Assembly: GCF_001194135.2 (NCBI RefSeq)
Contig: NC_068984.1
Coordinates: 73,535,438-73,569,334 of the forward strand
DNA length: 33,897 nt
From: Octopus bimaculoides
Lineage: Eukaryota
Direction of reading: 5' to 3'
In this document: positions 23,529 through 33,897 of the stretch, one piece after another
Layout: every line of letters starts with the position of its first letter
Numbering within the stretch: position 1 is the stretch's first letter
Notes under the pieces: model-generated
Seen by the model: the letters and a program-made list of their open reading frames with translations, nothing else
Database searches by the model: none
What the model was told of the DNA's origin: nothing
Program-made: the position numbers and the translations under genes

Positions 23529-23771
23529 GGTACTACTAAAGCAGCACGGTCCCGAACGCGCAGTCGCGCGTCCGCGCTAGCTAGTCGTGAGTGGTCGATC
23601 CTAACCCTAACCCTAAACACGTATTCATTTGCACACGCGGGTTAGGGATAGGGTTAGGGTTAGGGACAGGGCTAGGGTTAGGGTTAGGGTTAGGGTTAGG
23701 ATCGACCACTCAAGACTAGCTAGCGCGGACGCGCGACTGCGCGTTCGGGACCGTGCTGTTTTAGTAGTACC
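23529..23771. mobile_element. Young foldback MITE (Merlin-like) with 88-bp TIRs and internal TTAGGG repeats
   Basis: Arms 23529-23616 and 23684-23771 are reverse complements with 2 mismatches; GGTAC termini; 9-bp TSD GATATATTT/GATATATGT. Confidence 0.85.
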
Positions 23772-25980
23772 GATATATGTGGGGTCCTTGAAGAAATGAA
23801 AGTCAACAAATGCAGCAAGGAAGAAAATGAGAAGGGGAAGGGAAATCTCAAATTTCGACGTTCTATGAAGAAAAGACTGGGCATGTGGTGTAAGTGGGGG
23901 GGGGGGGCATAGGATAGGAAGAGAGTTAACTCATAAGGCATAATGGAAAGGAGCTTAGTGGTAGGCACAATATAGATGATGAGAAGAGGAGCGGATGGAC
24001 GCACGGATAACAAGAGGAGAGAAGAACCTGTCAAGTGGACCAGGGTGGTGGCGGCATGTCACTAGTCACCTGCCAACAACCAAGTCCATTGTAGTTATGT
24101 TCTTATGCAAAGCGACTTAAGGATGGCGTAGCACATCTGTCGGTGATTGTAGTGCATAGATGCTGTGCATCATGTGGCCATGGTAAGGCATCGCCTTGAC
24201 GAAATTTTAGTCGGGTGAATCGAATCCAGTACTTCTGCTTTTATTTTAAGCCTGTCATTTATTCTATCAGTCTGTTTTGACGAACTGCTAAGTTACGAGG
24301 GTCGTGGGGGAGACACTGACAAACAGGCGCACACATACACACACGCATATATACGGTGGGTTTCTTTCTCTTTCTGTTCACTAATACAAGCACATACACG
24401 CATGTATACCAGATCCACTCACAACGCTTTGGTCAGCCCGAAGCTTTAGTAAAAGAGACATGCCCAAGGTGCTATGCAGGGAGACTGAACCTGGAACCAT
24501 GCAGTTGAGAAGCAAATTTCTTACCAAGCAGCCTTACCTGCACCTGCTGTTGATAATGTTTTCCTCACTGCAGATAAACTATTCAACTTTCTATGAACTC
24601 TTTTTTCCATAAATTATTGCTGGTGTAGATACTTATCAGCCTCCTTGGATTCCAGACTCTAACAAGTTTAATTTAAGGTTGTTTCTTCCTTAAGATCTAA
24701 GCTTTCAGAGGATTGAAAGGTTTATGATGCATCTTTAAGATAGAGACTTGAAGTATCATCATCATCATCGTCGTCGTTTAACTTCCGCTTTCCATGCTAG
24801 CATGGGTTGGACGATTTGACAGGGAACTAGTGAACCAGATGGCTACACCAGGCTCCAATCTGATTTGACAGTGTTTCTACAGCTGGATGCCCTTCCTAAT
24901 GCCAACCACTCCGAGAGTGTAGTGGGTGCTTTTACGTGCCACCGGCACAAAGCTTTTATTTTATTTTGTTTCATTTAATTTTTTCATTGCTTAGTCACAT
25001 GAAGAAGACCAGTACATATAACCATTTGTTAGAGTTTCCAAGGGTCGTGGGTGGAAGAGAAGGTATCCTCAGACTGAAAACCGGACTCAAATGCTTACAA
25101 CAGAGTAATGTATTTATCAGGGCTGTGGAGTCGAAACAAAAAACTATGACTCCGACTTGTCTACTCTTGGCACCTCTAACTCCTTTATGTAATTAAGTGA
25201 TTGTAGTCCATTTTACCGATTCCTACTCCACAGCCCTGTTATTTATTCGATGATGAATTAAGTCCCCTAGCTAAAGTGAAATGAAAGTCTCAACCAGAAT
25301 GTGAAACACGAGACATTAACTTTACACATTACTCTGAGCAAGAGACTGATAGAACAAGAATCAGACTTCAAAAAGATTTTTTCCAACTAAACCCTTCAAG
25401 GTTGAGTGAGCTCCAGTATGGCTGCTGTCCAATGACTGAAATAAGTAAAAGATAAGTTCCTAAAGATAGTTATCTTAATGGATTGGTCTGATAGTGGGGA
25501 AGTGGGGAGTAGTTGTGCTCATGATGGTCTTCACAAGCCCTTTGATACCTGTTAGGTCAGCTGATGTAACTGATGTTCTTCAACAACTGCCCACTTATTG
25601 TTGCGGGCTGTCTTCACCAATATTTAAAACTGTTTGTTAAGTAAAGTGTAAGACCACTTCAGAAGTACACACACACACACACACATATATGAAGTAACTT
25701 TACATTAAGGAGTGGAACTTGCAATTTTCTATAAGTCAGACTGCCTCATGGCCCCAGCAGACAAAATGGAAAAGGTTTTACCCAGGAGGATGGCTAGGGA
25801 GATGCACTGGAACAGCCACTCTGACTCACACTTGCAGACAACTATCTCTTCCCCAACAGTGGTGAGCAGGGAAAAGACTTAAGAAGATGAAGGAAACTCT
25901 AGAGGGAGGACATTCTTAGGAAGAAGTATTGGATAAAGTTGATAGTTTAGGCTTCCACCTCCTCATTTTCCCCCTCCTCC

Positions 25981-26057
25981 CTTCACCACCCTCCTCTTCC
26001 CTTCACCACTCTCCTCTTCCCTTCACCACTCTCCTCCTCCCTTCACCTCCCTCCTCC
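25981..26057. repeat. 20-bp pyrimidine minisatellite (CTTCACCACTCTCCTCTTCC), about 4 copies
   Basis: Exact 20-nt period visible at 25981, 26001, 26021 and 26041. Confidence 0.85.
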
Positions 26058-26221
26058 AACCATAGCAAATCTAAGGTTGCATCCTCCCTTCACCCTCCCT
26101 CACCCACATCATTGATGCTCATTTCAAATGCTTTATAAATGTGAAAATCCTAAAAAAAGATGAAATAAAATTATTGCTTTCATTTTGTTAGACTGTTTGA
26201 CTTTTGTTTTTCAACATACAG

Positions 26222-26379
26222 GAATTTGAAATAAAATCCAAAATCTCGGAGAAAGTCCTAGCTGCAGGTTTGACTGTGAATATACCAGTTATATACAGGG
26301 GTACATTTGATGGGTACTCTTTGCAGGACAGATTGACTATTTGCAGTGGAGAACACAGAGTCGAAGTTCCACTCTTTGT
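26222..26379 (+). CDS. CFAP47: CFAP47 exon 2 (EFEIKSKISEKVLAAGLTVNIPVIYRGTFDGYSLQDRLTICSGEHRVEVPLF-)
   Basis: Acceptor caacatacag, donor gtaagc; LAAGL..DRL..EVPL matches recalled CFAP47 LASGL..DRL..EIPL; 158 nt, ends in phase 2. Confidence 0.9.
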
Positions 26380-27031
26380 GTAAGCATTTTCTTCTCTTCA
26401 CATATGACCGACATAAAACCACTGTTCTCTATTCACTTACCATTTTTTTACCTTCTACAACATAGGTGCTAGCATTGCTCTATGGTAAGAAGCTTGCTCC
26501 TCAACCATGTGGTTCCACATTCAGTCCAACTGTGTGGAACCTTGAGCAAGTGTCTTCTCACTACAGCCTCAAGCTAGCCAAAGCCTTGTCAGTGGATTTG
26601 GTAGACGAAATATGAAAGAAGCCCATCATATATCATTCAACCATGGTAGTGGTTGAATATATTCTTAAGTCTACCATTTCATTAATCACAGCAGCTTTCA
26701 AGCTTCACCACTAACTCAGTCAAATCGTCCAACCCATGCTAGCATGGAAAGTGGACGTTTAACGACGATGATGATGATGATGATGATGGTTGTTGTCGTC
26801 ATCTTGATGCTCACATATTTTCAGGAGAAGAATCACTATCCACCTCTTCACCTCCTCACCATCATCAGCATCAGCATCAGTGTCATCAACTTTGTCATTA
26901 TCACCATTATCATCCGTATCAGCATCAGTGCTCACTTCAAAACCTATTTCTGCATCAACCATCATCCCTAAAACAATTTGGTTGCTATTTCCCTTGTTTT
27001 TTGTCATTTTTTTTTTCTCTGTCAACAACAG

Positions 27032-27239
27032 GTCTTCTCCATGCTGTATCTTGTCTGTTAGTGGAGAAGTAGACTTTGGCTGCATGGTGGCCAACAATGA
27101 GGTGAACACAAGGTCTTTCGAAATTAGAAATGAAGGCCTTATCCCAGGAGAGTTCAAGGTCAAGTATTCTGGAAACACACCTTTGTTAATGAGCCCAAAA
27201 GAAGGGGTTGTGCCTGCACTATCAGCCTGGTTGATTACT
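27032..27239 (+). CDS. CFAP47: CFAP47 exon 3 (V-SSPCCILSVSGEVDFGCMVANNEVNTRSFEIRNEGLIPGEFKVKYSGNTPLLMSPKEGVVPALSAWLIT)
   Basis: Polypyrimidine tract plus cag, donor gtaagt; VDFG.MVAN..N.G..PG.F matches recalled CFAP47; 208 nt. Confidence 0.93.
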
Positions 27240-27469
27240 GTAAGTCTATTTTCATCATTATTATTTTATTTATACCAAAAGGTAATATTGCGCATTTTGC
27301 ACCAAAACCCATTATGGGACAATATTACCTTTCTATATTAATGCTTCTTTTGTTGTTAATATATACTAATACTATCTTTCAGTATTTGTACTGCCTCTAT
27401 TGCTAAAATATATATTATTTTATTTGTTTCCTTTTCTGGTGTCAAAAAGTAAGTACTAGTCCAACACTG

Positions 27470-27849
27470 GAGGCGCAATAGCCCAGTGGTTAGGGCAGGA
27501 TCATAGGATCGTGGTTTCGATTCCCAGACCGGGCGTTTTGAGTGTTTATTGAGCGAAAACACCTAAAGCTCCACGAAGCTCCGGCAGGGGATGGTGGCGA
27601 ACCCTGCTGTACTCTTCCACCACAACTTTCTCTCACTCTTACTTCCTGTTTCTGTTGTGCCTGTAATTCAAAGGGCCAGCCTTGTCACACTGTGTCACGC
27701 TGAATCTCCCCCGGGAACTACGTTAAGGGTACACGTTTCTGTGGAGTGCTCAGCCACTTGCACGTTAATTTCACGAGCAGGCTGTTCCGTTGATCGAATC
27801 AACTGGAACCCTCCGCGTCGTAAGCGACAGAGTGCCAACAACAACAACA
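27470..27849 (+). mobile_element. Full-length tRNA-derived SINE, family A
   Basis: A box TAGCCCAGTGG, B box GTTTCGATTCC, (CAA)n tail; near-identical inverted copy at 16584-16968. Confidence 0.85.
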
Positions 27850-28649
27850 GTCAAACACTAGAGAGTTGCTCATGTCTTTGACTAAACGAACTAAGGAATC
27901 CTTTCGACCAAATGATTTCTCCTCATTTGCCAAGCATTGGGCTCTATGTATCTGGTGCATTTTACTGTTGCACCAATTAAATAAGTTGCTTTGCACCCTC
28001 CAGGACAGAAAAGAATCCTCAATATTCTATGTTGTCTACATTTGGTCCGGAAAACATAAATGGTAGTGAGGGTAGAAGAGAGGGCAATTGTAGATGAAGT
28101 ATATTAAGAGTGAGAAGGAAAAGATAGTTTGACAGAGGAGGAACAATGATAATGTGGAAGAAGAGGGTAAATAAAGAGAGACAGTTTGATAGGAACAATA
28201 AGGGAGGCTGTAATGATAGCTATATGTTTGCAAGTTAAAGGAGAGTGAGTGATAGTCACAGAAATTGTTTAGTGTTGAGAAAGAAAGTGTGATGGATGTT
28301 CATGATCTGGTAATAATGGAGTTGGAGTAGCAGTCTGGAGGGATGTGATAATGCTAGCTGAAGAGAGAGAGAGAGAGAGAGCACAGATGATAAGTAGTTG
28401 AGATGATGGTGGCAAGAAAGTACTGAATGTCAATGAAAGAGTGACCTAAGTTAGAGGGGGAGGGGGAGAGCAGGATAGGGAGAAGGTAAACAGAGTTATA
28501 CACTGGCTATCAAATGATTCAATGAAATTCCACACTACTCAACCATCATAGTAAAAGAGAAACAGTAGCAGTGGTAGACACATGAGACATATGCCTGCTA
28601 GCTTAGAGAGAAAGAGAGAAATGAAGTTATGTGTGTGTTATCATTGTCA

Positions 28650-29150
28650 TCATCATTCTTATATCAGTTTTTCTATGCTTCCATAGATTGGATGGGTCCT
28701 TTCTGATACAGTCTTCCACCATTTATCATGTTTCTTTGTTGTCTCCTTGGTGAGGTTCCATATCTTGAGGTCTGCTTTCACCCCTTTCACCCCATATCTT
28801 CCTTGGTCTCTCTTTCCAGGGATTTCTTCCTCTAGGATTTCCTGGCACTTCTTCGTCCATCTACCATCCTCCATGTGCATTATATATCCATATGTAAGCT
28901 GTTCTATTTTTATTCTCTACAACTGAGTCCTCTTATATTATGTTTATTTCTCAATTAATTTGACTCGTATCATTTACACACACTAATATGACTCAGCTTG
29001 TGGAGCATGCTCATTTCATTTCTCCCCCAACTTAAGCACATTTACAATCATTATCCATATGTCATTACTACACACCATTGAACTTTGTACACAAGCAGCA
29101 TACAATCTGCTCTTCATGCAAGAAGAGAATTTCCTTGTTCCAAGAAGCAG
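28650..29150 (-). mobile_element. Old RTE-clade LINE ORF C-terminal fragment
   Basis: HMEDGRWTKKC..GKRDQGR..V..DL motifs; heavily decayed. Confidence 0.6.
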
Positions 29151-29965
29151 TTAATAGCTCCCTTAACTTTTTCTACATACTTATGTGTTAGTATATATAT
29201 ATCATCATCATCATCATCATCGTTTAACGTCCGCTTTCCATGCTAGCATGGGTTGGACGATTTGACTGAGGACTGGTGAAACCGGATGGCAACACCAGGC
29301 TCCAGTCTGATTTGGCAGAGTTTCTACAGCTGGATGCCCTTCCTAACGCCAACCACTCAGAGAGTGTAGTGGGTGCTTTTACGTGTCACCCGCACGAAAA
29401 CGGCCACGCTCGAAATGGTGTCTTTTATGTGCCACCCNNNNNNNNNNNNNNNNNNNNNNNNNNNNNNNNNNNNNNNNNNNNNNNNNNNNNNNNNNNNNNN
29501 NNNNNNNNNNNNNNNNNNNNNNNNNNNNNNNNNNNNNNNNNNNNNNNNNNNNNNNNNNNNNNNNNNNNNNNNNNNNNNNNNNNNNNNNNNNNNNNNNNNN
29601 NNNNNNNNNNNNNNNNNNNNNNNNNNNNNNNNNNNNNNNNNNNNNNNNNNNNNNNNNNNNNNNNNNNNNNNNNNNNNNNNNNNNNNNNNNNNNNNNNNNN
29701 NNNNNNNNNNNNNNNNNNNNNNNNNNNNNNNNNNNNNNNNNNNNNNNNNNNNNNNNNNNNNNNNNNNNNNNNNNNNNNNNNNNNNNNNNNNNNNNNNNNN
29801 NNNNNNNNNNNNNNNNNNNNNNNNNNNNNNNNNNNNNNNNNNNNNNNNNNNNNNNNNNNNNNNNNNNNNNNNNNNNNNNNNNNNNNNNNNNNNNNNNNNN
29901 NNNNNNNNNNNNNNNNNNNNNNNNNNNNNNNNNNNNNNNNNNNNNNNNNNNNNNNNNNATATATA

Positions 29966-30023
<58 letters not shown>

Positions 30024-30457
30024 CATACATACATACATACATACATAAGACTGAGATATCTGGTGCCATGGTGTACTCAAGAGGACCTGTCTGTCACAGC
30101 AAAATTGGTACCACTGCTAGTGCCACATAAAAAGTGCCCAGTTACATTCTATAAAGTGGCTGGCATTAGGAAGGGCATCCAGCTGTAGAGACCATGCCAG
30201 AACAGACAATAAAGCTTGATGCAACCCCAGCCTTACCGGCTCCTGTCAAGCTATTCTACCCATACCAACATGAAAAATGGATGTTTGATGATGATGAGGA
30301 TGATAAAATACACACACACATGCGCATGCACGCAATTTGCTTGTGTTTGTAGGAAGGCAAACCTTTATATGTGCCTGCATACACATAATACTATGCTATC
30401 TCACATTACCAAGCATACTTTTTTAACATACTTTGTATTTATACATTCTCATGACAG

Positions 30458-30504
30458 ATTCAGTATTGTGCAACTGAGCCAGAACAATTTCAAGAAGTAG
30501 CAAG
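30458..30504 (+). CDS. CFAP47: CFAP47 exon 4, 47 nt (IQYCATEPEQFQEVA-R), GC donor
   Basis: Acceptor ctcatgacag; donor AAG|GCAAGT; aligns without gaps to recalled human VDFCADQPRIVDEEAI and restores the frame into exon 5. Confidence 0.85.
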
Positions 30505-31883
30505 GCAAGTATTTTGATTTTGCATTTAGTTATTTTAAAGCCTTCGGCTTTAAATTTGTTGTAAGTCTGAATCATCATCAGTATCAACAAATAAAACAAA
30601 TAAAAACAGAGCCTGGGGAATGTGCTTGATTGTCTTTTTAGGCATAAATAATTTCAGTAAGGTTTTTAAATTCATTGAGTTTTAAATGCTGTGGGTAGTC
30701 AAGTGTGTTAATGTTCCGAGCAAAAACCATTCAAAGAAGGATATTTTATTGTTATAGTCTTCATCCTTAGCTGCCAATTGTTCTATTTACTTGTTGCTTA
30801 ATAAGCCACTGAATCTCTACATAGTCACTTCACTTGCAACATATAACTACCAAATTCCATTAATTGATATGATTTCATTCTTTCACTTTTCTCTGTTCAT
30901 TGGACTGTGAGTACCCTAAGACAACCTTTTATAGGACTGCATTTACTATATGAACCACTAAAAGCAGTGGTTTGGCAGAATCATTAAAGCATCAAACAAA
31001 ACACCTTGTGATATTTTTTCTGATTCTCTTCATTATGAATACAAACCCTGCCAGAGGCAATGTTGCCTTCCATTCTTCATAGATTGGTGAAATGAAGTAT
31101 GAATCCAGGACAGCAGAGCAATGTAACTGTTTGAGTATGAAACCTGATGTCTTGCAGTATTTATTTCAGCTCAGATTTGCATTCTGAGTTTGTTCATAAC
31201 AGCACTGGTGACAGGGTATATCAGCTCCCTTGCCTTTCCCTTTGACAACTTTGGTGGCATGGATCGAGAATGTTTACATGGGCAGCATCCAGTCCTCCAG
31301 GGTAAAAGTTGTTCTGGTCTCTATCCAAAAGAAGAACTTTCCATGTGCTGAAATATGGTCAATCAGGATCAAAGGAGGCCCTAGAGGTCAAGCCAAGTGA
31401 CATTTCTGCTTCTGGTTCTCATTTTAGTAACATCATAAGGTAAAAATGGCAAAGTCAGCCATAAAGGGACATGATAAATGGAATGAAATACCACATGATA
31501 CCATTGTGTGATGCATTTATTCTGCCATTCTTTGATGATACATACTCACATGCATACATAAACACATATATTATACATGCAAACACACAACTAAATAGAA
31601 AGAAACAAAGATAGATTAATAGACAGACAGATAGATAAGTTTATAAGTCCAGTTGATACAAGATATGATGGCTCCCACACAGATTCTATCTTTCAAATTT
31701 CACTCTCATTAAACTCTTGTGACTTCAAGGTTTGGTAGAAGATACTTATCTCAGGTACCAACCAGAGGTATTGAAACTAGAACCATCTAGTTAAAAAAAG
31801 AAAATTCTTAAACGCACACTTGTACCTTTGCCCTTATATAATCACTTTCCCTTTTTCTTTTCTTTTTTTATTTTTGTTATTAG

Positions 31884-32112
31884 AGTGAAACTTGAAAACA
31901 GTGAAACACGTCATGTAATCATATCAGGTCGTGTGATATACCAAGAATTGGAACTCTTGGACCCAGAAACAGAGAAAATTACTGAAAAGATTCAGTTTGG
32001 TTACTGCTATTATGGCTGTGATTTAATCCAGTTTGCCACTTTGTACAACAATAGTCCAATTCCTGCAAAGTTTGTTGCTGTTGTTGATGAAAAGGCAGAT
32101 GGGGAAGAAGTT
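31884..32112 (+). CDS. CFAP47: CFAP47 exon 5 (VKLENSETRHVIISGRVIYQELELLDPETEKITEKIQFGYCYYGCDLIQFATLYNNSPIPAKFVAVVDEKADGEEV); gene continues past window end
   Basis: Long T-rich tract plus tag, donor gtgagt; I.FG...YNNSP.P..VA....A.GEE matches recalled CFAP47; 229 nt. Confidence 0.95.
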
Positions 32113-32182
32113 GTGAGTTCTAATGATATTTCTTTGAATTTTTCCACTACTACCCATTTGTTCTTCTCTAACTCCTCCTTCT

Positions 32183-32215
<33 letters not shown>

Positions 32216-32218
32216 CAT

Positions 32219-32586
32219 AACAAGAGCACTCAGAGAGCACAAACCTCTGCTAAGGCAATACCAATGTCCTCTCAACAATTAGCCAGAGATGATTTTTAAA
32301 ATGAGAATATCTGAAATAAACTTGACTGCTCTCATAAATGAGAATACTAAAAATGAACCCAACTGCTCTCCAAAATTAAGTAAAAAAAAATGGATAAATA
32401 ATCCAAATTCCTTGTTCGGTACCAGATTGATCCCAAAATCTAATCAGTTCATGCAAGTCATGAGATCAAACATCCCTGAAAGTGTCATCTGAATCCATCC
32501 AGTGCTTCCTGAGATATCTTGTCCACGGACAAACAAACAAACATGACTGAAAACAATACCTCCACCTTCGCTAAGATGGAGGTAAT
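32219..32586. mobile_element. Helentron/DINE-like non-autonomous element
   Basis: Subterminal ACCTC repeat, short ACAA microsatellite and terminal stem-loop ACCTCCACC-TTCGCTAA-GATGGAGGT; inserted in an (AAT)n tract. Confidence 0.5.
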
Positions 32587-32599
32587 GATAACAATATCA

Positions 32600-32991
32600 A
32601 GACCAAATAGCCAGGAAAACGGAAGAAGGGATGTTATTTCATAAGGACAATGCTCCAGCACACAAGTCATTGGCTTCAATGTCTGTTGTATGTGACAGTG
32701 ACTTTGAACTGGTTGATCACTCTCACAATTTGACTATCATTTGTTCCCCAGCATGGAAAAATATTTGCTGAGAACTAATACCACCGTAATGATGATGCCA
32801 TATCTGCTCTTGGTCATTTGTTTTGACCAATAGGCTGAAAGCTTCTTCACCACTTTGATCCAAGCACTGCAACACCAATGGATGAAGTGTGTGGCCTGCA
32901 ATGAGGACTATATGTTGAAAAATAAGCCTTATTTGGTTATATTCCATCAAAGCAGCTTGGTCAGCCTATGAACTTTTCAGCTGACCATCAT
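32600..32991 (+). mobile_element. Decayed mariner transposase C-terminus with right TIR
   Basis: LFHKDNAPAHKS..FELVDH..HLFPSM..LQHQWMKCV..DY motifs across frameshifts; TIR-like GGTCAGCCTATGAACTTTTCAGCTGACCATCATA. Confidence 0.75.
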
Positions 32992-33228
32992 ACATGCATG
33001 CATATATCTTTTACCTTGTATGCTTTACCTATTTCAGTTGTTTGACTGCGGCCATGCTGGAGCAATGCCTTGAAGAACTTTAGTCAAATGAATTGACCTC
33101 AGTACTTTGTTTTTCAAGCCTCGTACTTATTTTATCAATGTCTTTTGCTGTACTACTACCTTAATAATAATGTTTACATCCCCGTAAGTTAACAGTAATA
33201 ATAATAATAATAATTATAATAATAATAA

Positions 33229-33897
33229 CTAGCAGTATATCCTGGCGTTGCCCGGGATTAAGCTAGGATTATGAAGTGATCAAGTGCTTTATTTCAAACC
33301 AAAATAAGTAACATTGACATCAGATTTGCGCTGAATCCGTTGAAATTGGTTGGTTGAAAATGGTTTGCTGGCAATTTGATTGTGAAATCCCATAAGGAAT
33401 CAGTTTATTGGTTATTTCCACTCATTGACTGCTTTTTTTAAGTTGCATTAGAGATCTGCATAAGAGAAGGTTGATCTGAATGTCTGCATTGGGGATCTGG
33501 ATTGGAGCAGCTTAGGAAAACTTACCACAGCTTTAACCAAAAAATAAGGGGCCTGTCCCTCTAGGTTACGTTTATGAGCAACTTAGCCAATCACTGATAT
33601 CAGCCGAGTGAGCATTGTTGTTGGAGAAGTCAGCATTGTCCAATAAAAAAGTGGAAGAGTCCATAAGTCATGTTGCCATGATTTGCGAATATGTCCAGCC
33701 AATGCTTCCGGATCACTGTTTATAACCACATCGGCTGCAATGACAACTTGTCTATAAAACTTCGCTATAGACAACATTGCGTGTTCTGCCCTGAGGAGCA
33801 TACACAAAAAGAGCGTTTCTACTACCCACACGGGAGCAGGCCACATAAAGTTGCCCATGTGAAAAGCATGGCTCCCCCAAATGGATGCCTTCCACCG
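33229..33897 (-). mobile_element. 3' end of a Helitron with RepHel helicase C-terminus (runs off window)
   Basis: 33895-33752 reads VEGIHLGEPCFSHGQLYVACSRVGSRNALFVYAPQGRTRNVVYSEVL*; terminal hairpin CCCGGGCAACGCCAGG then CTAG|T. Confidence 0.9.

Noticed and set aside
23639-23700. True telomere or chromosome-end fusion
   Set aside because: Short, degenerate, internal to a TSD-flanked foldback element within an intron; better explained as transposon cargo.
27470-27545. tRNA gene
   Set aside because: The A/B boxes belong to a SINE head followed by a 300-bp family body and (CAA)n tail; a second copy is at 16584-16968.

Overview
AT-rich, repeat-dense animal genomic DNA with three assembly gaps (4823-5546, 15681-15774, 29438-29959). 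The SINE, RTE and microsatellite landscape looks like Octopus (inference from recalled repeat families). The window holds the 5' ends of two divergently transcribed motile-cilium/flagellum genes that the ORF track mostly misses because their exons are short. DNAJB13 (radial-spoke Hsp40) is on the minus strand: 4 coding exons, 165 aa, continuing beyond position 1. CFAP47 (ASH/Ig-like repeat axonemal protein) is on the plus strand: 5 coding exons, 262 aa, continuing past the window end. Their ATGs are about 1.2 kb apart. The spacer carries a near-consensus RFX X-box, forkhead motifs and a 130-bp hairpin. Each gene needs one GC-AG intron with the same donor core, AAG|GCAAGT. Both first introns contain GGTA-ended foldback elements with telomere-like TTAGGG repeats. 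One has 88-bp TIRs and a 9-bp TSD, another carries a Merlin/IS1016-like transposase remnant. The introns also hold a Penelope-like element ending in a degenerate minimal hammerhead ribozyme, Helitrons, RTE and R4-like LINE fragments, a mariner remnant and many tRNA-derived SINEs. All homology calls come from manual translation and recall, not from database searches.
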